Positions 12,716-54,010 of a stretch of 64,000 nt of DNA are shown in pieces (the stretch's first letter is position 1; each line of letters begins with the position of its first letter). Source of the DNA: the human T2T-CHM13v2.0 reference genome, Homo sapiens. Below the pieces are notes generated by a model. That model did not search any database and was not told where the DNA came from. It saw only the letters and a list, made by a program, of their open reading frames with translations. The stretch lies in the NCBI RefSeq assembly GCF_009914755.1, contig NC_060946.1; one strand, 5' to 3'. Made by a program: the position numbers and the translations under genes.

Positions 12716-14109
12716 GCCTTTAACCCAGAATGCTGAGTAAATTGGCCAAAAATGCTAACCTATGCATTTCAATACTATAGGAGTCGCATGGGTAGAAATA
12801 ACCAGATGAAATACTTCTGGTATTTCACCTTCCCAACCCACACGAGCCAGTGTTTTTCTGTGAATAACAAAAACAGCAGAATTTACTTGCCTCTCCATAA
12901 GAGGTTACCACTTCTGTGTGTTCCCCCGAAACAGGTGGTGGCTGGGTGAGAAGGTGGACAGCACTAGGGCAGGAGATGGGGGCTCCAGTATCGTGGGTGA
13001 GCTTCCTAAACCTCTGCAACTTTCAGCCCCTAAATGGGATGAGCCATCAGAATTTTTAGCACAATGCCCAGAACAAAGTAAGGATTTGACAAATGACGCC
13101 TCTCTCCACATTGTTCTGTCATCAGCCACCGCATCCTGTACCTCCAAGCCCACTGGGCTCCGGCTGTTTCCATCACATGGAGAATGACTCAGAGCCTGGC
13201 CTCCAGCCACCCTCCTGGCCTTTCTTCTTCTCACTCTGCCACTGGCTCCTCATGGACCACCAGCCTGGGTGTCCTCAGACATACCACACACTTCACTGTG
13301 GGAGTCACGCAGCCCTCACTGCTCCTTCGCCAGGGAGCCACGGGGCTTTCCTCCTCAGGAGGACTCTGCAAGCAGCTGGATGAAGGGCCCTCCCGTCTCT
13401 CATCCTTCCTTAATTTTTGTCACAGTTCTCCTTCCTTCCACTCAGTGCAGCGCACACTGATTGATCCTCCATCTTCCCCAAAAGACAGGAACAGCATGAG
13501 CAGTGGAGAGTAGATTCCAATGATAGAAAAAATAGTCAGTGATTTCTCATTTCCATTGATCATCAATGAAGAAAATGTATCCTGAAGGTCATGTACCTCC
13601 TATGGGACTGCTGCATCCTCAGCCTCCTGAATTTCAGCCCAGCACCTTCCTCCCCAGCACAGCAACAGGTCAGCCCTTACCAGCATCCCTCTCTTATTGC
13701 CTTTGTGCAGAGCCAGCACCAGGGCCAGGGGAGGCCTTGGGATTGTCCCTCCCCAACAATCTGTGAAACAATCCTTTATGTCACCAACAAAGCACAGCCT
13801 TATGCACTGGTGGTCAGTCCCTCTCAACACCTCTGTCACTGTAAAGCTGGCAGGCAACCCTCCAAGGTTGGCCTTCCCAAGCACTGCACCTCTAGGTGAC
13901 AGAGCACGTCCTTACCTTGAAGCCTGGGCGCCCAGTCTATCCTGTCCAATGAGCGAGCTGTGGAGAAGGGGGGATTCCGGGTTAAGGGGAGACTAGCAGG
14001 GCTCCTGCTTTTATGTTGCCCTGTTGGGAAGGCTATTAAAGAAACACAAAGTGCTAAGCAGTGAGGATAGAACATGTTTTCATTATTTCAACCAATACAT
14101 TCCACAGAT

Positions 14110-14500
14110 GGAATAATAAGAAATGCTACAACCAAGCTAACTGAATCCAACAGCATATCAAAAAGATAATCCACCATGATTCAAGTGGGTTTCATACTAG
14201 GGATGCAGGGATGGTTTAACATACGCAAGTCAATAAATGTGATACATCACATCAATAAAACTAAAAACAAAAATCACATGATAATCTGAATAGATGCAGA
14301 AAAAGCCTTTGACAAAATCCAGCATTTCTTTATGATTAAAACCGTTCATCAAAATCAGCGTAGAACGGACATACCTTAAGGTAATAAAAGCTATCTATGA
14401 CAAACCCACAGCCAACATTTTCCTGAATGGGGGAGAGTTGAAAGCATTCCCCCTGAGGAAGGGAACAAGACAAAGATGCCCACGTTCACCGCTTCTCAAC
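14110..14500 (+). mobile_element. L1 ORF2 (reverse transcriptase region) fragment
   Basis: gaatccaacagcatatcaaaaagataatccaccatgat ... gggatgcagggatggtttaacatacgcaagtcaataaatgtgat. Confidence 0.85.
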
Positions 14501-16578
14501 ACAGTGCTGTTCACTACAGCATTGGTTATAAGAGCAAGACTGGAAACAGAACAAATGGATACCCATAGCGGGGTGCTTAAGTAATTTTGGGAATAGTCAT
14601 GGGGTGCAGTACTTTATAGCTCTGAAACAATACAATGGATTTACATTTGAAATGTGGAATGATAACTAAGGTGCATTGCCCAGTGATATATGCAGAGGTG
14701 CAGAGGACTTTGTGTAAACACGATCACACATCAGCCTGCATTCCAGGTGCATGCTTCTATTTGCACATAGATTGCAGGGATGATATGCAAACAAAAATGT
14801 TGACTTGGTGTTTGGAAGTTCAGAGTGGAAGGGAAACTTCCTTGCTAACCTTTTATGATATTTAGAGTTTCTAAATGTGAATACGTAATACATTTAGAAA
14901 TCTTAGTTAATAAGAAAAGCCTCTGTTCCTGGCCTCTTGCTGGCACATGTCAGGTGGAAATGGGGCTGTCATGCTAATGTGTGCAAACTGAGAAAAATCC
15001 AAGAATGGGAGTCTGCTTTTTTCATCATACAAATAATTGTTAATAGAAACAGTATGATAATTGCTCATTGATATACCATGCATATTCTATTAGATAATAA
15101 TAAATTTCTGAAATTTGAACTATACTTACACATGGAAATTGAAATATATGGATGAAACATTGTGGCTTATATAGGCAATTGTTTTATTGGCATTTTACAA
15201 ACTGATCATCATTCCTCATGGCACGGGTCCATGTGATATTAAGTAGCTTGTTATGCTTGGGAAAGGCAGTGATGACCACAAGAATGACTTCAACTACTAA
15301 AGTACAATGGAGATTTCAACAATGTTTTGTTTAATATTTAAATATTTCATTGTGCTCCCAGGCTTTTTCTCACCCTAATAGCTCTCATCCATATCATGTG
15401 GGTCCCATTAATACAGATACCTCCGAATGCACCACTCTTCCATTATATCCAGTCAATTGCTGGTTACCTTGGGCCTACCAACTGGGGGAGGGCAGGGGCT
15501 GCTGGCCACCTCCTCATCTACAGTAAGAGTCAATGAGCAGTTAAATGGATACTGAAAACCATTTATCCTGCTGGAGTGAGAAATAAATGGTTTCTTTCAA
15601 TAGCGTAGTAAAATGCATCTTTTCCAAACTATTTATATGACTCAAGGCCCATCTCAATTTCAGATGTGGTTAGCCTCAATTCCTGATTCTCACCAAGGTG
15701 TGTAATGTCATCCACGGCCCAGTGCAGAGGAACACAGGTGCTGCCGTCAGACTGCCAGGGTCCGATCCCGCCTCCTCACTCACCCCGGGAGATCCCTTTA
15801 AGCCAGGAGTCAACAGTGAGGATGGAAACATGAGTGCTTTTTAAAGTCCTGAAAGTTCAGAGGCAGACTGTCAATTTCTCCTCCACCCCTGGGCACACAC
15901 CAGGAGAACTCTGTCTCCAGGTTGGAGGAAGTGCCTGTGAGAGAGTTGTGTCCCTCAGATTCTGTTCACCACAGGTGACACTCGATGCAACCCCAAACCT
16001 CTTCTGCACAATCCCAAGGGGTGCTGACTAATCCAACCCAAAGGCTGTGATGTTTGGCAGAGGCAGAAAAGAAAAGGCCAGGTGTTCTGGGAAAGACCAC
16101 CTTTAAATAACACAGCACCCTCATAGCCCAGAGAGACAGTTCCAACTATTATGCCAATAAACCCGGAAAAGACCAAATCCAATATGACACATATTTCCTG
16201 TTTCGTTTTGATTTCATGCCCCCTCCCTTAACCTCCCAAGCAGCATGGATACCCCGAAGGCCCCTGGGAACTCTCTCCAATTGGATCTTACGTGGAAAGC
16301 AGTTACCTACCTACAAATCCCCATCATCAGATATGCTCTCCACAATCAAATCTTTAGAAACACAAACACCAGGATAAGTCATTAGAGAGAGGCCCACCCA
16401 CTCCTCCCACCCTAGCTGAAGCCATGGTGCTTCGCACAGGATCCCCTGGTGTTTCCTCTGGGCTCACAGATATCCCTACAGCCTCTCTGGACATGGTTTT
16501 ATACTTGCAAAATCATTTGCTCTCACCAGACCCCAAATCCTCCTTCCCAAAAGGAGCCCAGAATCAGGTTTCTGTACC

Positions 16579-16650
16579 CTAGAGATGGCGCTTTTTCCTC
16601 AGGAAGTGAGTTATTTCAGGGTACGTATCATTCTCCAGTGTCAATGGCTC
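16579..16650 (-). other. FAM230 downstream exon, in frame with the DIANED frame (EPLTLENDTYPEITHFLRKKRHL*)
   Basis: ttttcttttctataattgcag|GAG CCA TTG ... CAT CTC TAG; the upstream donor AAT|gtaaga at 17184 is phase 0. Confidence 0.55.
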
Positions 16651-17935
16651 CTGCAATTATAGAAAAGAAAACATTAGGAGGGTGAAATGATGCCATACAC
16701 GTCACACAGATCTGATAGTCTCTCGACAACTTGAGAGAGAAAATAGGAAGGGGTATAGTGATTGAGTCAAAGGTCGAAGTCCCCCAAAACTGGCACGGAA
16801 GACACCTGTGGAAAAGACAAGACCTTTTCCCACAGAATTTATCTTTAAAGTGTATCTAGATTGGCAGTTTCACAACTCTTAATCCATGGGGGAAAACTGC
16901 TGTGGAGGGAAACACCTCTGCATTGCAGTGGATCGTGGATGCTGCCATCTACCACACCCCAGTGTGCCTGGCATGGGTTGGTGAGAGGCTGCCAATCAAT
17001 AGCACCACACCAAGGGAATTGCAGATGTCATAAATAGTCCACATTGGCAGATGTTCATGTCTACATTTGATTAAACTGCAGATGACATCGATAATGCACA
17101 CTGGCAGATGTTCATGTCTACATCTGATTGGAAAGAAGCCAGGAAAGTAACATTTCTGTTCAAGACAAAGAAAAGTGTCTTACATTGGCAGCATCTTCTT
17201 TTTTACAGATGTCTTGTACAGTGTCCTCATTAGCAATGTCATATACAGCGTCCTTATTAGCGAATTCGTATACAGCATCCTCATTAGCGATGCCATATAC
17301 AGCGTCCTCATTAGCGATGTTGTATACAGCGTCCTCATTAGTGATGTCGTATAGAGCGTCCTCATTAGCGATGTCATATACAATGTCCTCATTAGCGATG
17401 TCATATACAGCAACCTCATTAGCTATGTCTTGTAAAGCATCCTCATTAGCGATGTCATATACAACGTCCTCATTAGCGATGTCGTATACAGCGTCCTCGT
17501 TAGCGATGTCTTGTACGGTGTCCTTATAAGCAATGTCGTCTACAGCGTCCTCGTTAGCATGCCTTGTGGGTGCCATTAGCGATGTCATATACAGCATCCT
17601 CATTGGTGATGTCTTATATGGTGTCCTCATTAGCGATGTTGTGTACAGCGTCCTCGTTAGCAATGCCTTGTACAGTGTCCTCGTTAGCGATGCCATATAC
17701 AGTGTCCTCATTAGTGATGGCTTGTACACTGTCCTCATTAGTGATGTCGTGTACAGCATCCTCGTTAGCGTGCCTTGTACGGTGTCATTAGCGATGTCGT
17801 ATACAGCGTCATAATTAGCGATGTCTTATACGGTGTCATCATTAGTGATGTTGTGTACAGCGTCATCGTTAGCGATGCCTTGTATGGTGTCCTCATTAGC
17901 GATGTCGTATACAGCGTGCTCACTAGCGATGTCTT

Positions 17936-18205
17936 TTTTTATATATATATACTTTAAGTTTTAGGGTACATGTGCACATTGTGCAGGTTAGTTACATATG
18001 TATACATGTGCCGTGCTGGTGCGCTGCACCCACTAACTCATCATCTAGCATTAGGTATATCTCCCGATGCTATCCCTCCCCCCCCAACCCCACAACAGTC
18101 CCCAGAGTGTGATATTCCCCTTCCTGTGTCCATGTGATCTCATTGTTCAATTCCCATCTATGAGTGAGAATATGCGGTGTTTGGTTTTTTGTTCTTGCGA
18201 TAGTT
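17936..18205 (-). mobile_element. 5'-truncated young L1 (L1PA2-like 3' end) with a 14-bp target-site duplication
   Basis: tactttaagttttagggtacatgtgcacattgtgcaggttagttac ... gagtgagaatatgcggtgtttgg; actagcgatgtctt at 17922-17935 and 18206-18219. Confidence 0.92.
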
Positions 18206-18217
18206 ACTAGCGATGTC

Positions 18218-34482
<16,265 letters not shown>

Positions 34483-34881
34483 AAGAAAAATCAAAATCAG
34501 GGAAAATGAAACCACAAAGGTTCAATCTGCTCTGACCTTTGAAAAACTCAGCACAGATAGTGGCACTTAGGACCAAGGGCAGCAGATCCCTAATCCCATC
34601 ACCATGGTGATAGGGCATAAACATTCCAGGGTGAAGGCACAATCCACACTGTGAGGTCCAACTGCTGCCATGCAGACAGGTGGGCTTTTACAAGTACAGG
34701 AAGGTCATCAAAGGCTCAGTGTTTTGTTTCAAAAACTGAATCCCAAGCCCACACATTATTATGCTGGCTTCTTAAAATAAGTTATGAGATGGGAAATAGG
34801 GCACCCACAAATATATATATATATATATAATTATATATAATATAATGTATAGTATATATATAATATATTTAATATATTATA

Positions 34882-34944
<63 letters not shown>

Positions 34945-36340
34945 GGGAATTTGGGAATAAACTGAATCCCAATTCACACTGGGACTACACCAGCTGCCAC
35001 CATGCCTGGCTAATTTTTTGTATTTGTAGTAGAGACAGGGTTTCACTGTTATTGGCCAGGATGGTCTTGATCTCCTCACCTTGTGATCCTCTTGCCTTGG
35101 CCTCCCAAAGTGCTGGGATTACAGGCCTGAGTCAAGATACATATTTTTTAAATGAAGAAAAATTTCAAAGATACTCTGCTTGGTACAATAATCAAATATA
35201 TAAATTGAGGAATAAAACATAATCTTGAAACATATTTATAACTGCATATGGAAAATACAGAGGCTAATTTTTTAAATAACATATTTTGAAAGCATTAACT
35301 AGTAATTTGAAAAGATCGCATTTGACAGGCCAGTATGAACATACCTTGAATGCAGCCACACAGGTTCCCCATAAGAAAAATCAAAATCAGGGAAAATGAA
35401 ACCACAATGGTTCAATCTGCTCTGACCTTTGAAAAACTCAGCACAGATAGTGGCACTTAGGACCAAGGGCAGGAGATCCCTAATCCCATCACCATGGTGA
35501 TAGGGCATAAACATTCCAGGGTGAAGGCACAATCCACACTGTGAGGTCCAACTGCTGCCATGCAGACAGGTGGGCTTTTACAAGTACAGGAAGGTCATCA
35601 AAGGCTCAGTGTTTTGTTTCAAAAACTGAATCCCAAGCCTACACATTATTATGCTGGCTTCTTAAAATAAGTTATGAGATGGGAAATAGGGCACCCACAA
35701 ATATATATATACATAAAATTATATATAATATAGTATATATATATATATATATATATAATTTGGGAATTTGGGAATAAAATGAATCCCAATTCACACTGGG
35801 ACTACACCAGCTGCCACCATGCCTGGCTAATTTTTTGTATTTGTAGTAGAGACAGGGTTTCACTGTATTGGCCAGGATGGTCTTGATCTCCTCACCTTGT
35901 GATCCTCTTGCCTTGGCCTCCCAAAGTGCTGGGATTACAGGCCTGAGTCAAGATACATATTTTTTAAATGAAGAAAAATTTCAAAGATACTCTGCTTGGT
36001 ACAATAATCAAATATATAAATTGAGGAATAAAACATAATCTTGAAACATATTTATAACTGCATATGGAAAATACAGAGGCTAATTTTTTAAATAACATAT
36101 TTTGAAAGCATTAACTAGTAATTTGAAAAGATCGCATTTGACAGGCCAGTATGAACATACCTTGAATGCAGCCACACAGGTTCCCCATAAGAAAAATCAA
36201 AATCAGGGAAAATGAAACCACAATGGTTCAATCTGCTCTGACCTTTGAAAAACTCAGCACAGATAGTGGCACTTAGGACCAAGGGCAGCAGATCCCTAAT
36301 CCCATCACCATGGCGATAGGGCATAAACATTCCAGGGTGA

Positions 36341-39362
<3,022 letters not shown>

Positions 39363-41225
39363 AAATATATATATATAATTATATATAATATAATATATAT
39401 AATATATAACATATATATAATTACTTTTACATCCTGCATCCCTTATATATAATATTATATTTAATATAATATACAATATTATATTTAATATAATATATAA
39501 TATTTTATTTAATATAATATACAATATTATATTTAATATAATATATAATATTTTATTTAATATAATATACAATATTTTATTTAATATAATATATAATATT
39601 ATATTTAATATAATATATAATATTATATTTAATATAATATATAATATTCTGTATAATATATATTATACATAATATTATATATAACATAATATATAATATT
39701 ATGTATAATATATATTATTATACAGAATATTATATATAATATAATATATATAATTATATACGAAATATAATAATGTATAATTATATATGTAATATAATAA
39801 AGTATAATATATAATATATATTATATATTATATAAAATATTGTATAATGTAATATGTAATATATAGTATATCATAATATAATATATTTTATAATATAATA
39901 TATTATATATTATATATGATTATATTATATCATATTATATTATATATTATATAATATATGATATATTATGGTATATTATAGATAATATAATATATAATAT
40001 AATTATATATAATATACCATAATATATACGATATATAATATATAATATATATCATAAATTATATATAATATATAATATATATCATAAATTATATATAATA
40101 TATAATATATATCATAAATTTTATATATAATATATAATATAATATAATATAATTATATATAATATAATATATAATATATCAGATATCAGATATAATATAT
40201 AATATATATCAGATAAAAGATATAATATATAATATATAATATATATCAGATATAATATATAATATATATCATATATTTTACATAATATATATCATTTATT
40301 ATGTAATATATATCTTTTATTATAGATAATATTTTTCATTTATTATATAATATATGATATATCATATATGATATATATCATCTATATCATATATGATATA
40401 TATCATCTATATCATGTATGATTTATCATCTATATCATATATGATTTATCATCTATATCAGGTATGATATATCATCTATATCATATATACGATATATCAT
40501 CTATATCATATATATGATATATCATCTATATCATATATACGATATATCATCTATATCATATATATGATATACCGTATATATCATATATATGATATACCAT
40601 GTATATCATATATATGATATATCATATATATCATATATAGTATATAATCTATATCATTTATATTGTATGTAATCTATATCATATATATTGTGTATAATCT
40701 ATATCATATATTGTATATAATCTAGCATATATATTGTATCTAATGTATCATATATATTGTATATAATCTGTATCATATATATTGTTTATAATCAGTATCA
40801 TATATATTGTATATAATCTGTATCATATATATTGTATATAATCTCTATCATATATATTGTATATAATCTCTATCATATATATTGTATATAATCTATATCA
40901 TATAGTATATAATATATATCATATATTGTATATAATATACATCATACATATTGTATATAATATACATCATGCTTATTGTATATAATATATATCATACATA
41001 TTGTGTATAATATATATCATACATACTGTGTATAATATATATCATACATACTGTGTATAATATATATCATACATATTGTGTATAATATATATCATACATA
41101 TTGTGTATAATATATATCATACATATTATATATGATATATATCATATATATTATATACGATATATATCATATGTAATATATACGATATATATCATATATA
41201 TTATATATGATATATATCATATATT
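39363..41225. repeat. AT-rich block 2 (~1.9 kb) with nested minisatellites
   Basis: (atttaatataatacaatattat)-like units at ~39450-39645; (atatcatctatatcatatatg) at ~40370-40560; (atatattgtatataatctatatcat) at ~40650-41120. Confidence 0.95.
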
Positions 41226-41975
41226 AAGTTAAGTTTGGGGATAGCCCAGAATTATATATGGATTTTCAACTGCACAGGAGCTGGTCCCCTAACCCTTGCA
41301 CTGTTCAAGGATCAACAGTATGTATAATACTATAGATTTTATTCATATTTTAGAGTGTAGTACTGCTACTCATTAAAAAAAATTAAGTATAAAACAGCTT
41401 CAGGAAGGTCTTCCACGAGTTCTTCCAGAAGAAAGCCTTGTTATCATAGAGAATGACAGCTGCATGTATGTTATTGCCACTGAAGACCCTGAAGACCTTT
41501 CACTTGGACAAGATTTCGAGATGGAAGACAGTGATATTGATTATCCTGACCCTTACAGGGCTAAGCTAGTGTGTGTGTTTGTATCTTAGTTTTTAACAAA
41601 AATGTTTAAAACATAAAAAATCAAAATAAATGAAGCTTATCAAATAAGGATATAAAGTATTTCTGTACAGCTGTTCAATGTGTTTTTGTTTTAAGATGTG
41701 TTATTATCAAAGAATCAAAAAATTAAAAAAATTAAAAGTTTATAAAGTTATGATAAGCTAAGATGAACTTGTTAAAGAAAGAAAAAATTTAAATACATTT
41801 AGTGTAGCCTAAGTGTACAGTGCATATAAAGTCTATAGTTATGTACAGTAATATCCTAGGCCTTCGCATTCACTCACCAAGTACTCACTGACTCATCAGA
41901 GCATCTGCCAGTCCTGCAACCTCTGTTCATGCTAAATGTCCTTTACTGGTGTACCACTCTCTTTAAATTTTGTAA

Positions 41976-42250
<275 letters not shown>

Positions 42251-42316
42251 TGTACTGTGTTTTTACTGTATCTTTTCCATGTTTAGATATTACTACTGTG
42301 ATATAACTGCCTACAG

Positions 42317-42954
<638 letters not shown>

Positions 42955-44300
42955 GCCTACTGTATTCAGCACAGTGACATGCTGCACAGGTGTGTAGCCC
43001 AGGAGCAATAGGCTGTACGATATAGCCTAGGTATGTAGTAGGCTACGCTGTCTAGGTTTGTATAAAGTACACTCTTTGGTGTCTGCACAGCCACAAAATC
43101 ACCTAATGATGCATTTCTTGGAATATATTACCATTAAATGAGATTTACCTGTATTAGTGTCATCTCAGGTTTATTGTCTAGTAATTTTAAAAGTATTTGT
43201 ATATTCTTTCCCAGACACATCATCATACTCTGGTGCATATCTCTATTTTATTCCCTAGACCCACTCTTAATTTTTCTGCATTCTGCTTTGTTCCTTAGGA
43301 GGCTCACCTGAATTGGATACTTCAGAGATCTCCCTTACCCTCATGCTTTTATTGGGGTTCAGCTAATGGAGGGGGTGGCAGAAGATAGGTGAGAGAAGAG
43401 TGTGTTTATCCCCCACCTCTGCCCCTGCAGGGTCAGCACAGGCAGACTGTGTCCCTTTGCTGAAGATCACAGCTTCTGTCTGGTGCCTTCTTGGCAAGCT
43501 GGCACTGTCTCTAGTCAGGTGACTGCTTGGCCCCTTACTACTTACACTCTTCTGTCTGGTTTCTTTGTGACTTTCCTGCTGTGCTGTAAGTAGTCCCTTT
43601 ATTAGAATCCATCCACATTACCCAGTTATATAAAGACAAATAGTTGGTCACTGATCTAGTTCACTCCCTGAGAATCAGCCTTCATCAAAGATCCCTAACA
43701 GTCACATATTCTGTTGGCCGCTCCATTCCTGCTCCCCATTATTCTAGTTGTGTCTTCCTTGTCTCTAGTGCAGTCACAAAGCATAAGCGCCTCCACTGTC
43801 ACTTGTTCTTTGCAACTCTAGGATCACATCATTCCCCTTGAAATCAGAGAATCTGCAATCTCCCCAAGCCCACAAAATTCAGCCGTCACAGTACTTTTCA
43901 AGCATGCCAGCAGCCCTCCCCAACAAACGAATCCTTAATTTCTTACAGAAACATCTTCTGGGCTTCCTGTGGGACACAGTGCGGGTCGGCTTGGCATGTG
44001 GATCACACCTGATATTTTTACCCCCACCTCCTACTATTCCTATTCCTTTGTATGCACCTCTCTTTATTATGCTAGGAAAGCTCTGGCAACACAACCTCAA
44101 AATAAGCAGGCCAGTGTGGATTCACAGTTTCTGTCAGACAAACAAACTTGAGCACCACTTCTAACTTCTTGGGCTAAGACTTTAACTTCAGAATCTCTAT
44201 GTATCTATGTTGATAAACTTAGCCTATGTCAAGATTATATTCTGCATGCCTTAGTCAAACACCATGTAAATCTATGCCTCATATATTCTCTAGGCTTTAG

Positions 44301-44683
<383 letters not shown>

Positions 44684-46089
44684 TCCATTGCACTCTTACA
44701 GACCATGTTGACAAAATTATAACTGCAACAGTCAACTACAATAGCAATTTTACCTCTCATGTACCACTTTAAAAAACACATCATTCCCAATAACCACATT
44801 TGATGATTTAAGTAATCATGATACCACCGTACACTACAGATGATCAGGTTTCTGTCTCCTCCCGACAACAAGGTCAGGAATTCATTCAGACTGAAACAGG
44901 TCAGCAAACCACTTCCAGATTCTCATCTATAAAGATCTATTTCTAGAACCATTTCTAGTACCTATACAATATTAGAATCAAGTCAGGAAGCAGAAAACAT
45001 TCTAGATATTTTAAACAGAAAACAATTCATGGAGAGATCAATTACAAGAGTATGTGTAGCAAAAGATGAAAGGGTCAGGTTGTTTAAGTAACTTGATAAA
45101 TCTCTGCTTCTTTTGTGTTGGGTGATAAAAATGTTGACCAGAGATCAGTGGCAGATGATCCAAGGCGTCAGCTGTCCAAGCTCAGCATCTGGAGCCGGTG
45201 CTGAGGAAATGTGCATTTCTAGGTCTGGGCGCCATTGGACCATCACTACTGTCCTTGAAGCTGCCACCGTGAGAACTCACATCTCAGCTGCTATAGCCAC
45301 AGCTGATATTGTCATTGCTTCCAGAATTATTTCCCTTGCTCCATCGTGGGGATCCCGCAATACTGCTGCTGCTGAAATCACTGTTGTTGCTCCTTCCAGA
45401 ACTGTCGGCACTGCAGCATTATTATCACTGCAGCTACCACTGGAGATGGCTACAGACACCAGAAATGGAAGAGCACCTCTCCCCTCCTCCGGCAGTGTGA
45501 CTTTCAGTCGGCTCCTCTCGTAGCCAGATGGTATAGAAATGACACACCAATGTCCTTCAGAACATACATGCAAAATATTTTAAATATATTAGAAATTCTA
45601 TTCCCCTTAGAAAACTAAGTCCACCTACATATTTTTCAAAAATCCATCAGCAATACAGAATAAAGGCATTGGTTCTATACAGCGTTGCAAGAATATTTTA
45701 ACAATAGAAGGTATTTTAATGTCATTCACCACATTAGGAGATTGAAAAAGGGAAAACACAGGATTACCTTAGCAGATGTAGGAAAAAAATAAGATGATAA
45801 AATACAACATTCATTTATATTAAAATCTTTATACCAAACTAGGAAAAGCAGACAAATTTCTTAACCTGATAAGCTTATCTATAACAAAACCATCGACACC
45901 ACCATATGTAATGTTGAAGCATAATCGTTATTTTTTATAAAAGCTAGGAAAGGGAATGAGATGTCTGTTGACACTGCTCGTATTTATCATTGTCCTGGGG
46001 TTTCTGGCCAGTTCAGTTAAGATAGGACAAAGAAATATTACAGAAAGAGGAAGAAAAAAAGAAAGCACATACGTTGTCATTGTGTGGAG

Positions 46090-46183
46090 TTTCTGTTTGT
46101 TTGTTTATGTGTTTTTGTGAGATGGTGTCTCACTCTGTCGCCCAGGCTGGAGTACAGTGGTGTGATCTTGGCTCACTGCAACC
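46090..46183 (-). mobile_element. Short 5'-truncated Alu with target-site duplication
   Basis: tcattgtgtggag at 46077-46089 and 46184-46196. Confidence 0.75.
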
Positions 46184-47619
46184 TCATTGTGTGGAGATTT
46201 GTAATTACCCATAGAAAATCCAAGAAAATTTGTGGATGCACTAATCAAATCAGCAAGGTTTTCAGATATGAAGGCAAAGTAAAGAGAAAATGAAATTCTT
46301 ATAAACAGTAGCAACCAATTAAAAATATTATATTATAATATCACATTCATGGTAACATAAAACATTAATGTATCTAAGAATTAATTCAGAAAACAAATAC
46401 ATGATCTTTCATTTAATTTTATTAAAGTTATTTCAATAAATATACCACCAGTATTTTTTTAGAACTTGATTGGAAAAGTCATATTAAAATAATCAATGGA
46501 AAGGAAGAACCAAAGTTATTCTGAACAATAATAGCCTATCAATATTTAAATGTGTTTTAATTATAATAATTAAAATGGTTTGCTTTGGCTCAGTGATACA
46601 CCGTTAAACAATGGGAAAAAATGGAAGCACCAAGAAATAGATCCATAGATATGCTGAATACATTGGACTTGTAATAAAAGATATGATACTAAAAGTCAGT
46701 AGAAAAATTATACTATTCAATAAATGATGTCAGAAAAAACATATAAATTTTTATCCATATATAAATAAAAATCTGTATATTACAGCATATCACAAAATCC
46801 TGTATCTATTTAGGTTAAAGACTCAAATCTTAAACTACTTGTGAAATTACTTATGAATATTACATGTTTAAGATATTTAAAAGTATATACAGAGAACTAA
46901 TGACGTTGGGCAACAAATGGCTTATTAATCAAATGCCAGAATGCATGAAGAAGAAAAGAAAAGAAAAATAAATTAGACTGTATTAAAATGAAAAATCCTA
47001 GGCATCCTAAATAAAGGTTAAATGCAAGCCAGAAAATTGGGTAAAATATTTACAAAATATATAATTGAAAAGTATAATATCCATTATATAAAGAGGATTT
47101 CTACAAATTAATGATATAAAATAAATAATATAGTAGAAAAAATGATTAAGAACTACTACACAATATTCACAACAGATGATAAATAGTGAATTATTGTGAA
47201 AAGACAATTGAAAAGAGCAAGGTACAATTCAACAGCAATAAGACTTTATGCCCTTTTCTATAAAAACACAAAACTATGCCAAGGGCTTTAGGAACCGTGA
47301 ATTTATATACGGCAAAGGGGAGTTTAAATCTGCCACTTTGAAGAGTTTTTTGGAAATATATAGTAAAGTTGAAAATATATACATATGTGTATATATATAT
47401 ACCCACACACATACACATACACACTAGAAATTCCACAAGGTAAACCTTCTCCAAGAGAATACACACACATTTGCAGAAGAGATGTCCAAAGGTGTTTGTT
47501 GAAACATTATTGGTAATAGCTAAAAATTGGAAATAATCTTAAAGCTCATTACTAGGAAAATGGAAAAGTGAATCGTGGTATGTGCATATAATGTAAAACT
47601 ATACATCAGTTAAAATTAA

Positions 47620-50125
<2,506 letters not shown>

Positions 50126-50129
50126 TGAA

Positions 50130-53548
<3,419 letters not shown>

Positions 53549-54010
53549 AGGCGGCCCGGGCGCGGGGCAGCTGCTGCGGGGAGGCGGGGAGGCGGGGGGC
53601 CTGGCCGGACACCCCTGCGCCCCCTCCCCGCACCCGGGCGGAGGGCGGCCTCTTCCCCCTCCCCCTCCCCCACCACCCCTGGCAGCCGCCTCCCCCAGGA
53701 CGCAGGAGGCGGGCGGAGGCCGGGTCCGCGCAGCGGGCGACTTGCGGCATGGGCCGGGTCGAGGTGGGGGGGCGGTTTCGGGGGCTGGGAAGCTGGGGTG
53801 CCGGGGACAGGAGGGTGGGGGAGCTGGGGAAAGGAGGGCTGGGGGGCCGGGGACAGGAGGGCCATGCAAGCAGTGGCAAGCGGGCGGCGAGGGCTCCGTG
53901 GGGCAGGTGGACGGGCATCAGCGCCTGGGGCTGCTCCGTTCCCCAGGCGGGTGTCGTGGCTCTGGCCTCCATGCAACTCCAGGTCTGCGCGCCCCGCGCT
54001 GCTGGAGCCC
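53549..54010 (+). promoter_or_regulatory. CpG/GC-rich island-like segment with G-tracts and GC boxes at the 5' end of the retrocopy
   Basis: Dense CG dinucleotides, ggggaggcggggaggcggggg, gggcgg motifs. Confidence 0.5.

Noticed and set aside
45113-45573. Ala/Thr/Ser-rich ORFs on both strands
   Set aside because: Low-complexity, stop-poor stretch among old repeats, with no recognisable homology or splice context.
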